Source: an uncultured delta proteobacterium
Lineage (GTDB): Bacteria > Desulfobacterota > Desulfuromonadia > Desulfuromonadales > JACZKF01
DNA length: 64,000 nucleotides
Assembly: GCA_963816395.1 (NCBI GenBank)
Contig: CAWFKQ010000006.1
Location: 192,001-256,000, forward strand
Direction: 5' to 3'
Shown here: positions 32,105 to 45,895 of the stretch, one piece after another
Numbering within the stretch: the first letter of the stretch is position 1
Layout: each line of letters starts with the position of its first letter
Notes under the pieces: model-generated
The model's database searches: none
Seen by the model: the letters and a program-made list of their open reading frames with translations, nothing else
What the model was told of the DNA's origin: nothing
Translations under genes and position numbers: made by a program

Positions 32105-32326
32105 ATGAACATGGAAAAAGACCGCTACCTATACATGTGCGACAAGGCCGAGGAAGGCCGGGAAGACATCTTCGTGAACCATCCCGCTACCAGTGAAGGA
32201 GGGATGGTTCTGACGTGCGACCTGGATCAGTTGGTGGTGAAGACGAGTGAAGGCAAGGAGCGCCATTGGGATTACCGGGAATGCGAAGAGACGCTCAGCC
32301 GCCGCGAGATCTTTCCTTACCGATAA
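32105..32326 (+). CDS. Small hypothetical protein
   Basis: AGGAG RBS, clean ORF, followed by a terminator. Confidence 0.65.
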   Translation: MNMEKDRYLYMCDKAEEGREDIFVNHPATSEGGMVLTCDLDQLVVKTSEGKERHWDYRECEETLSRREIFPYR

Positions 32327-32348
32327 TTGTTCCCAGAAGTTCAATGCG

Positions 32349-32378
32349 AAAAAAAGGCGCCGTTCGCGGCGCCTTTTT
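32349..32378. terminator. Bidirectional intrinsic terminator
   Basis: AAAAAAAGGCGCCG-TTCG-CGGCGCCTTTTT. Confidence 0.85.
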
Positions 32379-32649
32379 CGATGGGCTCTCCACTCCTACC
32401 GTGGGTCGCAAGACCTCATAGCGAGTTCTCACTAAGTGGGAACGCCGGGGGGCGAATTAGGCGTCCCAATCGAGTTGGGCTGGCACACAACACCTCGGAA
32501 GGCATCCCCGTTTTTGACCACTGTTCCGCTTGGGCGTTCTGACCTCACCTGTAGGGCAGAGAGTACTGTGTCACCAACAGTATAGGAAAAGATCCCTTCC
32601 CAGACAAGAGGAAACTTGGAGGAAACTTGCTCGGTGGCAAGCGCAGGTC

Positions 32650-32809
32650 GCTTCCCCTTCTGCCGGAGCAGGCCTGCCCGGAAATTCAGCGAGGGGACGA
32701 CCTCGGGTTGTATATCTGCCGGAACATCATCGCCGAGCACGAGGGGCGGCTGCAGTTGAGGACCGTGGCAGGAAAGGGCGCGACTTTTTCCGTCGTTCTG
32801 CCCATGTGA
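32650..32809 (+). pseudogene. Remnant of a histidine kinase ATPase C-terminus
   Basis: DDLGLYICRNIIAEHEGRLQLRTVAGKGATFSVVLPM* resembles HATPase G2-box and C-terminus; no upstream kinase. Confidence 0.6.
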
Positions 32810-32913
32810 GGTTTTGCCCGCGGAATGTTCAGGTGATTGAGGGGCTGCGGATTAAATAGGCACCAACTTCCGGATAACCAGGAAAAGTCCTTGAAAAAAG
32901 AGAACGTACGTTT

Positions 32914-32929
32914 TGGCACAGCCTATGCT
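32914..32929 (+). promoter_or_regulatory. Sigma54 (-24/-12) promoter of glnK-amtB
   Basis: TGGCAC-AGCCT-ATGCT (GG-N10-GC). Confidence 0.85.
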
Positions 32930-32994
32930 TTACATAGGGCAGTAACGGCGCAGACCACTCACTGCGCCGCCTGAAGGCGAACCACGATCCTGCC

Positions 32995-33445
<451 letters not shown>

Positions 33446-33507
33446 CAACCCGGGGCAAAGCTTTTTCAGGAAACCTACTTATAAAAGCTGATCAAGGAGG
33501 TACGAAC

Positions 33508-34909
33508 ATGAAAAAATCCCTTTTCCTCGCGGCACTTGGCATGTTGCTGCTGCTGCCGGTTCTGAGTCTGGCAGCGGCAGAGGCCCCCGTCACTCCCGAG
33601 ACCGTTCAGATCAACCTTAATTTCGTCTGGACCCTGGCTGCCGCCTTTCTGGTCTTCATCATGCAGGCCGGCTTCGCCATGGTTGAATCAGGGTTCACTC
33701 GCGCCAAGAACGCCTGCAACATCATGATGAAGAACCTGATGGATTTCTGCATCGGCTCCATCGGATTCTGGGCGGTCGGCTTCGGCCTGATGTTCGGGGT
33801 CGGCACCAGCTTTTTCGGCCGCAGCGATTTTTTCCTCAACGGCGCCGTTGGTGACGGGCGGTCCCTGGAACTACGCCTTCTGGATGTTCCAGGTAGTCTT
33901 CGCCGCCACGGCCGCAACGATCATCTCCGGGGCGGTCGCCGAGCGCACCAAGTTCAGCGCCTACTGCGTCTATTCCTTCTTCGTCTCGGCACTGATCTAT
34001 CCGATCTTCGGCCACTGGGCCTGGGGCAATCTCTATCATGGCGATGCCGCCATCGGCTGGCTGGCCAACCTCGGCTTCATCGACTTTGCCGGGTCCACCG
34101 TTGTGCACTCCATGGGCGGTTGGCTCTCCCTGGCCGGGGCCATCATCGTCGGACCGCGGATCGGCAAGTACGGCAAGGACGGCAAGGTAAAACCGATTCC
34201 CGGCCACAATATCCCGCTGGCCTCCCTCGGCGTCTTTCTCCTCTGGTTCGGCTGGTACGGTTTTAATCCCGGCTCCACCACCGCCGGTACGCCGCAGATC
34301 GCCATCATCGCCGTGACCACCACCCTGGCCGCCGCGGCCGGCGCTGTCTCCGCGTTGCTCTTCACCTGGTTCAAATATGGTAAGGCCGACGTTGGCATGA
34401 CCCTCAACGGCGCCCTGGCGGGCCTGGTCGCCATCACTGCCGGCTGCGCCAACGTTTCGCCGACCTCTTCCGTTATTATCGGTCTGCTTGCCGGTGTTCT
34501 GGTTATCATCTCGGTGCTGTTTTTCGACAAGATCCATGTCGACGATCCGGTCGGGGCGATCTCCGTTCACGGCGTTTGCGGGGCCTTCGGCACCTTGTCG
34601 GCCGGGATCTTCGACTCGGCCGGGTTTTCCCTCCATACCGTTGGCGTGCAGCTTATCGGCATCGGTAGCTGCTTTGTCTGGGCCTTCGGGAGCGGTCTGG
34701 TCCTCTTCAAGCTCATCGACCTGACCATCGGTATGCGGGTTTCCGAGGAAGAGGAATTGGCCGGCCTCGATTTCGCCGAGCACGGTGCTTCCGCCTATCC
34801 CGACTTCCAGACTGTGCACCTGGGAAGCATTTTTACCCCTGGCGGGGACCTGGGGGGGAAACAGTCGGTCGCTGGGGAGAAGATTTCTCGCCCGGTGCCC
34901 CAGTCCTGA
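33508..34909 (+). CDS. amtB: Ammonium transporter (frameshift near 33850)
   Basis: MQAGFAMVE, SGAVAER, DFAGSTVVH, LWFGWYGFN, DDPVGAISVHG. Confidence 0.95.
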
Positions 34910-34956
34910 TAAAACTTCCATGCAGGTTTTAAAACCCTCACAAAGGAGAAGGTAAG

Positions 34957-35685
34957 ATGAAGAAATGGAACCTGGTTCTCATTGCCATGGTGCTCTCCAC
35001 CCTCAGCCTGGCACCGGCCGCCCGGGCCGCTATTGAAGTGAGCGGCGACGCCTACGCCGGTCTGTACAATAAATATCTCTGGCGCGGCTTCGATCTCAGC
35101 GGCGGCAAAGGCGTCGTCCAGGGGGGAGTGGATCTGAGCGCCAAGGGGCTTACCCTCAGCTACTGGACCAACCTGCAGCTCAAGGATGCCGACGGGCTCG
35201 ATTCCGGTGAGGCAACGGAAACCGACATCACTCTGGACTATACGCTCGCCGTCAACGATCTTGTTTCCCTGAGTCTCGGCAACATCTTCTATCAACTGGA
35301 TGGGATTCCGGACACCAACGAACTGTACCTGGGGGCCAGCCTGAACACCACTCTCAGCCCCAGCTTCAAAGTGTACTATGACTGGGACGAGGCGAACGAA
35401 GATGGCCTCTTTCTGTCCGCCTCCATCGGCCACACCTTCCAGGTGATGGAAAATCTGGGCATCAATCTCGGCGCCCTGGTCAGCTTCAATCAAGACAGCG
35501 ATTATGCCGTCGGCGATTATTCCGGCTGGCACAACTATGAGCTGAGCGCCAGCGCCGATTATGCCGTTACCGATCACCTCAGCATCAGCCCCATCGTCCT
35601 CTACTCCGCGCCGATCAGTTCCGCTGCCAAGGATGCCATTGACAGCCAGTGGCTGACCGGGATCAATCTATCCCTCACCTTCTGA
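34957..35685 (+). CDS. Outer-membrane beta-barrel (TorF-like putative porin)
   Basis: Signal peptide, YLWRG, acidic amphipathic strands, terminal Phe; in the glnK-amtB operon. Confidence 0.7.
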   Translation: MKKWNLVLIAMVLSTLSLAPAARAAIEVSGDAYAGLYNKYLWRGFDLSGGKGVVQGGVDLSAKGLTLSYWTNLQLKDADGLDSGEATETDITLDYTLAVNDLVSLSLGNIFYQLDGIPDTNELYLGASLNTTLSPSFKVYYDWDEANEDGLFLSASIGHTFQVMENLGINLGALVSFNQDSDYAVGDYSGWHNYELSASADYAVTDHLSISPIVLYSAPISSAAKDAIDSQWLTGINLSLTF

Positions 35686-35710
35686 TCGTCGATAGCTCGT
35701 TTCGAAAACC

Positions 35711-35744
35711 AAAAGCCCGCCGTCGCAGTCTGACGGCGGGCTTT
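35711..35744 (+). terminator. Intrinsic terminator
   Basis: AAAGCCCGCCGTC...GACGGCGGGCTTT. Confidence 0.8.
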
Positions 35745-35863
35745 CTCACTGCCGGAAAGGGACGGTCTGGTGTGCCGAAAGCGGCTTTTCGCCGGTAGGA
35801 TTTTCACCGGATCATGCTAAGGTGTGATGAAACGCTCAACCGGTATTTGAGGAGGCTTCGCTC

Positions 35864-36646
35864 ATGACCGGCACCCGCGGCAACCCGCTGTCCAGGTTTT
35901 CCCGGGGGTTTTTCTCCCCGTTTCAGGCCGGAAAATTTCTCCTGCGGCACCCTGGACTGGTTCGATTCGTTATGATTCCTTTCCTGATCAACCTCCTGGT
36001 CTTCTCGGCCGCGGTTTATCTCGGTTTTCATTTCTTCAACAGTACCGTTAGCGGCCATATCCCCAGCGGGGAGGCCTGGTACTGGGCTCTGCTCTACTAT
36101 TTCCTGTGGGTGGTTGCGGTGCTGCTGACGGCGGTCCTGGTTTTTTTTACCTTCACCGTGGTCGGAAACCTGATCGCCTCTCCTTTTAACGATCTGCTAT
36201 CCGAAAGGACCGAGGAGATTCTCGCCGGCCGCCGTATCGAGGAGAATTTCTCTTTCCGGCTGTTCTGGCGTGACGCCCGCCGGACATTCATCGAGGAAGT
36301 CAGGAAGATCGGCTTGTTCGTTGGCGGGATGATTCTGCTGCTCCTGCTCAACCTGATCCCTGTTATCGGGACCCTGCTGTATGCCTTTCTGTCGATTCTC
36401 TTCACTCTCTTTTTCCTGGTGGTCGAATATACCGGCTATGTTTTCGGGCGCAAACGCGTCCCTTTTCGCGACCAGCGCCGTTATATATTCGCCCGCCCCT
36501 TCCTGATGCTCGGGTTCGGCTGCGGCGTGCTGGCTGTTCTCGCTATTCCCTTTCTCCAGTTTCTCTGCATCCCGGTGGCGGTGGTCGGCGCCACCCAGCT
36601 CTGCTTCGAATCGCCCGGCCAAACGGAAGGAATGACCGCGTCATGA
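35864..36646 (+). CDS. EI24/CysZ-family membrane protein
   Basis: IPFLIN, NLIASPFNDLLSERTE, IPVAVVGAT. Confidence 0.8.
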   Translation: MTGTRGNPLSRFSRGFFSPFQAGKFLLRHPGLVRFVMIPFLINLLVFSAAVYLGFHFFNSTVSGHIPSGEAWYWALLYYFLWVVAVLLTAVLVFFTFTVVGNLIASPFNDLLSERTEEILAGRRIEENFSFRLFWRDARRTFIEEVRKIGLFVGGMILLLLLNLIPVIGTLLYAFLSILFTLFFLVVEYTGYVFGRKRVPFRDQRRYIFARPFLMLGFGCGVLAVLAIPFLQFLCIPVAVVGATQLCFESPGQTEGMTAS

Positions 36647-37416
36647 AAGAGATTCTTCTGCAGGCGGCGCGTGAAGGTGGCCGCGTATTGCTGGAAAGGT
36701 TTGGCGGCGCCCAGGCGGTGCGCCACAAGGGAGAGGTTGACCTGGTGACCGAAGCCGACCGGCTGGCCGAGCAGGCGATCGTAAAGGTATTGCGCGGGAC
36801 CTTTCCCTACCACGATATCCTGGCCGAGGAGGATGATTACGGCCGGCACGATTCCCCCTACCGCTGGATCATCGACCCTCTCGACGGTACTACCAATTAT
36901 GCCCACGGTTTCCCCTGGTTCGCCGTTTCCATCGCCCTGGAAGTGGCCGGCGAGGTTACCTTGGGCGTCGTCTATAACCCATTGAGCCGGGAGATGTTTT
37001 TCGCCGAGAGGCATCAGGGCGCCTTCCTCAATGGGGTCATGCTGCAGGTATCGCGCACCCTGCGACTGAATCAGGCACTGCTGGCGACCGGTTTTCCTTA
37101 CGACCGAAAGACCAGTTCCTGTAATAATTTCGACCATTTCATCAACTTTCAGCGGGTTGCGCAGGCCTGCCGGCGGTTCGGGGCCGCCAGCCTCGATCTG
37201 GCCTACGTCGCTGCCGGACGTTTCGATGGCTATTGGGAAATGAAACTCAAGCCATGGGATGTGGCGGCCGGCCAGCTGCTGGTCGAGGAGGCCGGGGGCC
37301 GGATCAGCGATTTCGCCGGCAGTCTGTTCGATATCTATGGCCGGGAATGCCTGGCGAGCAACGGAGAAATCCATTCCGAAATGTTGGAAGTGCTGGGGCA
37401 GGGAATGCGGCCATAG
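36643..37416 (+). CDS. suhB: Inositol monophosphatase
   Basis: DLVTEAD, WIIDPLDGTTNY, WDVAAG. Confidence 0.9.
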   Translation: MKEILLQAAREGGRVLLERFGGAQAVRHKGEVDLVTEADRLAEQAIVKVLRGTFPYHDILAEEDDYGRHDSPYRWIIDPLDGTTNYAHGFPWFAVSIALEVAGEVTLGVVYNPLSREMFFAERHQGAFLNGVMLQVSRTLRLNQALLATGFPYDRKTSSCNNFDHFINFQRVAQACRRFGAASLDLAYVAAGRFDGYWEMKLKPWDVAAGQLLVEEAGGRISDFAGSLFDIYGRECLASNGEIHSEMLEVLGQGMRP

Positions 37417-37595
37417 CTTCGATCGAAACAGCGGCGATTCCGGGGATCATAACAGGTGGGGATTCAGAGTTTGCTTTTGGCGGTTGTATCCGGCTGCCAG
37501 TACCGGTAATATAAAAAGAAAGAGGCTATTCCCTGCCCGTCCAGGCAAGCAGTCGACGCTTGCCAGGGCTGGCAAAACTGCGGAAGGAGGTATGA

Positions 37596-37808
37596 ATGGC
37601 CGAGGTGGAAAGACGTGAACAGATGGGGTATGCGGTTTCCGACGGCTCTCTGGAGCGACTGGATGAAGACCTCAACATCATGGAAAGACATGCGGAGCAG
37701 CTGGCGGAATCCGAGGATGAAGTCAAGGAGGCCATGCGAAAATGGGACCGGGAATATAAGAACGAGCGGTTCCATAGCGTCCCTAAACCGCGCAAACATA
37801 TTCGTTAA
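37596..37808 (+). CDS. Small acidic hypothetical protein
   Basis: AAGGAGG RBS, 70-aa ORF, terminator downstream. Confidence 0.65.
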   Translation: MAEVERREQMGYAVSDGSLERLDEDLNIMERHAEQLAESEDEVKEAMRKWDREYKNERFHSVPKPRKHIR

Positions 37809-37820
37809 CTTAGCAAGAAG

Positions 37821-37844
37821 AAAAGGCCCCGCCAGGGGCCTTTT
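37821..37844. terminator. Bidirectional terminator
   Basis: AAAAGGCCCC-GCCA-GGGGCCTTTT. Confidence 0.85.
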
Positions 37845-37846
37845 CC

Positions 37847-38209
37847 TTATCTGTCCTGCTCTGATTCTTCCCCAGTGTCGGGCTGCGGCGGAGTAGCCAA
37901 CTTGATCGCCTCGATTTCCTCCTCCAGGGTTGCGGCCGAATTTTTATAGCTGTCCAGCTTTCTCAAGAGCGCCTGGACTTCTTCTCTTTCCAGAACGTTA
38001 CTCCCTTCTTCCCGGTACTCGTCAATCAATCGGCCGAGATCGGCATAGACGGTGGAAATTTTCTTGTGCAGAGAACCGAGATCGATTTTCTTCTGGACGA
38101 TCTGTTTGTACTGGTTGGCGCGGAAAGTGGCCGTTTGCAAGGTCTTGCGGGTGGCACCCCACATTTTTTCGGCCGATTCCCGAAGCCGCTCCGATTTCTC
38201 CTCGTCCAT
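37847..38209 (-). CDS. Hypothetical coiled-coil protein
   Basis: GAGGAGG RBS, charged helical 120-aa ORF. Confidence 0.7.
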   Translation of the reverse strand: MDEEKSERLRESAEKMWGATRKTLQTATFRANQYKQIVQKKIDLGSLHKKISTVYADLGRLIDEYREEGSNVLEREEVQALLRKLDSYKNSAATLEEEIEAIKLATPPQPDTGEESEQDR

Positions 38210-38371
38210 TCTTATCCTCCTCAAGAGAGTAAATTAGTTGATATTTTAGCTATTTTCACGAAAAGCGTCAACCAGCGATTTCCCGGGGCTTTCCGCTTGC
38301 CCATCAGATCAACCTGGTATAAAATTTTTAATATTTTGAATGCCGGCTGCTCGCCGGGGAAAGGGAAACTC

Positions 38372-39352
38372 ATGGCCGAACCGGGTAAAACAAAATTTCA
38401 AATTGATCTGCGGCGGTTTCTGCGCGAACGCGAAGAGAACCGGGACCTCACCCGCCTGATCTGCGAAATTGCCAATGCCTCCAAGTATATCATCAATTCG
38501 ATTCGGACCGGTGACCTGGGGGTGGCGGGAACCTCCAATCTCTATGGAGAAGAGCAACTTGCCCTCGATGTGCTTTCCGACCGGATCATCCGCAAGCGGC
38601 TGACGCATTCCGGCGTAGTCGCCAATATGGTCTCCGAGGAAACCTCCGATATCATCACCGTCTCCCCCGACAGCGAAGGCAAGTATTCGGTGGCCTTCGA
38701 TCCCCTGGACGGCTCTTCCCTGGTCGATGTGAACCTGGCGGTCGGAACCATTGTCTCCATTTTTGAGGGTAGCGATATCCTCCAGCCCGGGCGCAATCAG
38801 GTGGCTGCCATGTACATCCTTTACGGTCCGCGCACCACCCTGATGCTTTCCACCGGCCGCGGCGTCCAGGAGTTTGCCATGAACCAACTCATGGAATTCA
38901 CCCTGGTGAACGAGAATGTGCGCATGGCCCCCAGCGGCAATATCTATTCGCCGGGCGGGCAACGCAATCGTTATACCCCCGGCACGGAGCGTTTCGTGCG
39001 CTATCTTGAAGAAAAGGGTTCCAAACTGCGCTACAGCGGCGGACTGGTCCCCGATATCAATCAGGTTCTGCTGAAGGGGAAAGGCATCTTTCTCTATCCG
39101 CACCTGCAGGGAGCCCCCCATGGGAAACTGCGGCTCTTGTACGAATTGAACCCGATGGCGTTCCTGGTTGAGCAGGCCGGCGGCGCCGCTTCAACCGGGC
39201 GGCAACGGATTCTCGATCTGATGCCGGAGGGAATTGAACAGCGGGCGCCGGTCTTCATCGGCTGCAAAGAGGACGTAGCATTGGCCGAGCAGTTCATCCG
39301 GGAGGAAGAAGCCGGTTCCATGGCTGGCGTAGGCCTGACCGGAATCGGATAA
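38372..39352 (+). CDS. fbp: Fructose-1,6-bisphosphatase class 1
   Basis: GEEQLALD, SEE, FDPLDGSS, RYSG, GKLRLLYE. Confidence 0.95.
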   Translation: MAEPGKTKFQIDLRRFLREREENRDLTRLICEIANASKYIINSIRTGDLGVAGTSNLYGEEQLALDVLSDRIIRKRLTHSGVVANMVSEETSDIITVSPDSEGKYSVAFDPLDGSSLVDVNLAVGTIVSIFEGSDILQPGRNQVAAMYILYGPRTTLMLSTGRGVQEFAMNQLMEFTLVNENVRMAPSGNIYSPGGQRNRYTPGTERFVRYLEEKGSKLRYSGGLVPDINQVLLKGKGIFLYPHLQGAPHGKLRLLYELNPMAFLVEQAGGAASTGRQRILDLMPEGIEQRAPVFIGCKEDVALAEQFIREEEAGSMAGVGLTGIG

Positions 39353-39361
39353 GAGGAGAAT

Positions 39362-39402
39362 AAAAAAAGCCCGGCGAGCCTTTTGGCTTGCCGGGCTTTT
39401 TT
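39362..39402. terminator. Bidirectional terminator
   Basis: AAAAAAAGCCCGGCGAGCC...GGCTTGCCGGGCTTTTTT. Confidence 0.85.
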
Positions 39403-39416
39403 GATCAACGATCGGC

Positions 39417-39965
39417 TTATTTCAGCAGGTCTTTGACCTTCTCATAGCCAAGGTTGTAGGCTTTTTTGTTCAGCTCGATAAAGGCCTCGGGAACGCGGGC
39501 GAGGACAGCTTTTTCGCCCGCTTCACGGGTGACCACGTCGGTGAGGGCGACCATCGCCCCCAAGGCGACGACGTTGCCGACGATCTCGCGGCCGATTTCA
39601 TCCTTGGCAGTCCGGATGATGGGGAATTTATAGGTCTTGAAGTTCCCCTTCGGCTCGCGCTTCACGAAGTCGGAATCGAGCAGCAGGACCCCGCCGTCCT
39701 TGATGCCGTTGGCGTATTTGTCAGCCGATTCCTGGGTCATTGCCAGGCAGGCATCGACGACGGTTGCCTTCGGATAATCGATCGGGGCATCCGAGATGAT
39801 GACCTCGGACTTGGAGGCGCCGCCGCGGGCCTCGGGACCGTAGCTCTGGGACTGTACGGCGTGTTTCCCCTCGACGATGGACGCGGCCTCGGCGAGGATG
39901 ATTCCGGCGGTGATCAGACCCTGACCACCGGCGCCGGAGAAGCGGATTTCATAACGTTTTGCCAT
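39417..39965 (-). CDS. korC: 2-oxoglutarate:ferredoxin oxidoreductase gamma subunit
   Basis: GAGGQG, SYGPEARGG. Confidence 0.88.
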   Translation of the reverse strand: MAKRYEIRFSGAGGQGLITAGIILAEAASIVEGKHAVQSQSYGPEARGGASKSEVIISDAPIDYPKATVVDACLAMTQESADKYANGIKDGGVLLLDSDFVKREPKGNFKTYKFPIIRTAKDEIGREIVGNVVALGAMVALTDVVTREAGEKAVLARVPEAFIELNKKAYNLGYEKVKDLLK

Positions 39966-39987
39966 CGCTGTATCCTCCTTTCGGTGA

Positions 39988-40810
39988 TCAGATTGCCTGG
40001 CCCTGGGCCTTGGCGATGATTTTGGCGTACTGCTCGCAGTATTCCGGCTTCTCTTCCTTGTACAGAACGCCGGTGAGTACCTTGCCCTGCAACTGTTCAG
40101 CGGTCATTTTGGCGGCCGCTGCCACCGGCACGGCCATTCTCCTTGAGCCGCTTCATCATATCGACCACCGAGCGGAATTTGTTCCGGCGGCCGTAAGTCG
40201 TGGGACAGTCGTCGAGGACCTCGATGACCGCCATCCCCTTGTGCTTGATCCCCTCGGCGATCAGCTTGTCGATCTGGGTGGCGTGAAAGGAAGTGGTGCG
40301 GGCCACGAAAGTGGCGCCGGCGCCGATAGCCAGTTTGCTGATGTCGAAGATCGGATCGGGGTTGCCGTAAGGGGTAGTGGAGGCTTTGTCCCCGGTGGGG
40401 GTGCAGGGAGAGAACTGTCCTCCGGTCATCCCGTAAATGAAATTGTTGAAGATGATGTAGGTCAAGTCGATGTTGCGGCGGCAGGCGTGGATGAAGTGGT
40501 TGCCGCCGATGGCGGTGCCGTCGCCATCGCCGCCCATGACGATGACCGACATTTCGGGCTTGGCCATCTTCACGCCGGTGGCGAAGGCGGCGGCTCGGCC
40601 GTGGGCTGTGTGCAGAGTGCAGAAATCCATGTAGCCGGGAAGGCGGCTGGCGCAGCCGATGCCGGAAACGATGGCGGTATTGTTCTTCTCCAGGCCGCAG
40701 GCGTCCATGGCACGGATCAGGCCTTTCATGACGATACCGTGACCGCAGCCGGGGCACCAGATGTGGGGCAGCTTCCCAGGACGGAGCGCCTTGTCATAAT
40801 CGTAAGCCAT
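39988..40810 (-). CDS. korB: 2-oxoglutarate:ferredoxin oxidoreductase beta subunit (frameshift near 40140)
   Basis: WCPGCG, GIGC, GDGD, YGMTGGQ. Confidence 0.9.
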
Positions 40811-41950
40811 TTACCGAACCTCCTTCACTTTAGCCATGATCTGGCCGGGATTGAGCGGCTCACCGTCAACGCGGTTGACCCCGGCGATGGTGCATGCACC
40901 CTTGGAAACCCGCTCCACTTCGAGGATCATCTGCCCGAGGTTCATTTCGGGGACGACGATCGCTTTGGCCAGTCGGGCCAGTTCGGCAACCCGTTTCTCG
41001 GGGAAGGGCCAGAGGGTAATGGGACGGAAGAGGCCCGCCTTGATTCCCTCCTTGCGCAGTTCATTAACGGCATAGCGGGCGCTGCGTGAAGTCGAGCCAT
41101 AGGCGAAGATGATGACTTCGGCATCCTCGGTCAGGTATTCCTCACTCTTCTCGATATCGGCCCGGGCCTTCTCGCCTTCCACCTTGCTGACCTGGCGGCG
41201 CTCCTCGGCATCGACATACTCGGCCTTGGTGGTAGGGAAGCCGTCCTGGGCCTTGTTCAGACCGGTGACGTGGAAGCGGTATTCCGAGCCGAAGGCAGCC
41301 AGGGGAGGCACGTCGCCGAAGGAGGTGTCATAAGGCTTGTACTGCTCGGGCGGGACGGTCGGCTTGGCGCGGTCGATTACTTCGAGCTCGCCCGGTTCGG
41401 GGAACTCGATGCGCTCGCGCATATGGCCGACGATTTCGTCATAGATGACCTGTACCGGCATGCGGTATTTCTCGGCCAGATTGAAAGCGCGCACCGTCTC
41501 GGTGAAGATCTCCTGGCAGGAAGCGGGTGCCAGGGCAATAGTGGCATGGTCACCGTGGGTGCCCCAGCGGGCCTGCATGACGTCCGACTGCCCGGGGCCG
41601 GTCGGCATGCCGGTGGAGGGGCCGCCGCGCATGACGTTGATGATGACGCAGGGGACTTCGGCGATGCAGGCATAGCCGATCAGTTCCTGCTTCAGCGAAA
41701 TACCGGGGCCGGAGGTCGCGGTGATCGCTTTGGCGCCAGTCAGGGAAGCGCCGATGACCGAGGCCATGGCCCCGATCTCGTCTTCCATCTGGATGAATTT
41801 GCCGCCCAGCTTGGGCAGTTCGTTGGAAAGAACTTCCGCCACTTCGGTGGAAGGAGTGATGGGGTAGCCGCCGAAGAACCGGGCCCCGGCGTATATGGCA
41901 CCCTGGGCGCACGCTTCGTTCCCCTGCAACAGAGCAACTTTCTTAGCCAC
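40811..41950 (-). CDS. korA: 2-oxoglutarate:ferredoxin oxidoreductase alpha subunit
   Basis: GNEA, YPITP, MEDE, TSGPG, RGGPSTG; GTG start. Confidence 0.9.
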   Translation of the reverse strand: MAKKVALLQGNEACAQGAIYAGARFFGGYPITPSTEVAEVLSNELPKLGGKFIQMEDEIGAMASVIGASLTGAKAITATSGPGISLKQELIGYACIAEVPCVIINVMRGGPSTGMPTGPGQSDVMQARWGTHGDHATIALAPASCQEIFTETVRAFNLAEKYRMPVQVIYDEIVGHMRERIEFPEPGELEVIDRAKPTVPPEQYKPYDTSFGDVPPLAAFGSEYRFHVTGLNKAQDGFPTTKAEYVDAEERRQVSKVEGEKARADIEKSEEYLTEDAEVIIFAYGSTSRSARYAVNELRKEGIKAGLFRPITLWPFPEKRVAELARLAKAIVVPEMNLGQMILEVERVSKGACTIAGVNRVDGEPLNPGQIMAKVKEVR

Positions 41951-41972
41951 TGTGGTCAACCTCCTATTGGAT

Positions 41973-42197
41973 TTATTCGGTATGGACCTTGATGGCAAAA
42001 TCAGGGCACCGCAGTTCGCACTGCATGCACTTGATGCAGGCTTCCGGTCTGGCGACCTTGACGATGAAGGTTTCCATCTCCAGGACTTTGGTGGGGCAGA
42101 ACTCGACACAGATGCTGCATCCCTTGCAGTATCTCTCGATGACCTCGATCCTCGGGGTCCCAGTTTTTTTGATGGCTTCAGGTTTCGGACTGCTCAT
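41973..42197 (-). CDS. korD: Ferredoxin (delta) subunit
   Basis: Two CxxCxxCxxxCP motifs. Confidence 0.9.
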   Translation of the reverse strand: MSSPKPEAIKKTGTPRIEVIERYCKGCSICVEFCPTKVLEMETFIVKVARPEACIKCMQCELRCPDFAIKVHTE

Positions 42198-42394
42198 TCC
42201 CCTTGATCTCCTTTGTGCGTGTTGGCCGTTCGAAATGGATTGAAAAAACTTTCCCATATTAGCGGAAAAAGGAAAGTGATGCCAGCCAATTCTTGTATAC
42301 AGTTACCCGTTCTGTAAGCGCTCGGCAATCTTCGGAGGTAGGGACGGAGTGAGGGCCGGCGATGAGAAGGGACTCCAAATGGGAGAAGAATAGG

Positions 42395-42426
42395 AAAGAA
42401 GGGCAATGTTGCCATTGCCCTTCTTT
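42395..42426 (-). terminator. Terminator after mdh
   Basis: AAAGAAGGGCAATG-TTGC-CATTGCCCTTCTTT. Confidence 0.7.
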
Positions 42427-42447
42427 CACTCAGAACCATGGACTTCT

Positions 42448-45687
<3,240 letters not shown>

Positions 45688-45818
45688 TCAAAGGTATTCT
45701 GCCGCTCCGCTTGCGGATCGGCACATAGGAAAGGCGAAACCCGGAACACCCCGCAGGGTGCCCCGGCCATCGCCGGAAGTCCTCTGGCTGGAACAGGGGC
45801 GGGAAAAGCCCAAAAATG

Positions 45819-45853
45819 TGTATACAGTATACAGAGAGGTTAGAGAGTGTCAA
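45819..45853 (-). promoter_or_regulatory. Sigma70 promoter of icd overlapped by a palindromic operator
   Basis: TTGACA (45853-45848)-16 nt-TATACT (45831-45826); palindrome TGTATACAGTATACA 45819-45833. Confidence 0.75.
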
Positions 45854-45895
45854 GGGGAAATGATCTCTCTGCAGGGCGCACTGGATGCCGGTCGG

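Noticed and set aside
32481..32496. Second sigma54 promoter (TGGCAC)
   Set aside because: No GC at the -12 position.
45725..45770. c-di-GMP (GEMM) riboswitch-like hairpin
   Set aside because: Wrong strand for icd and lacks the second stem and receptor.
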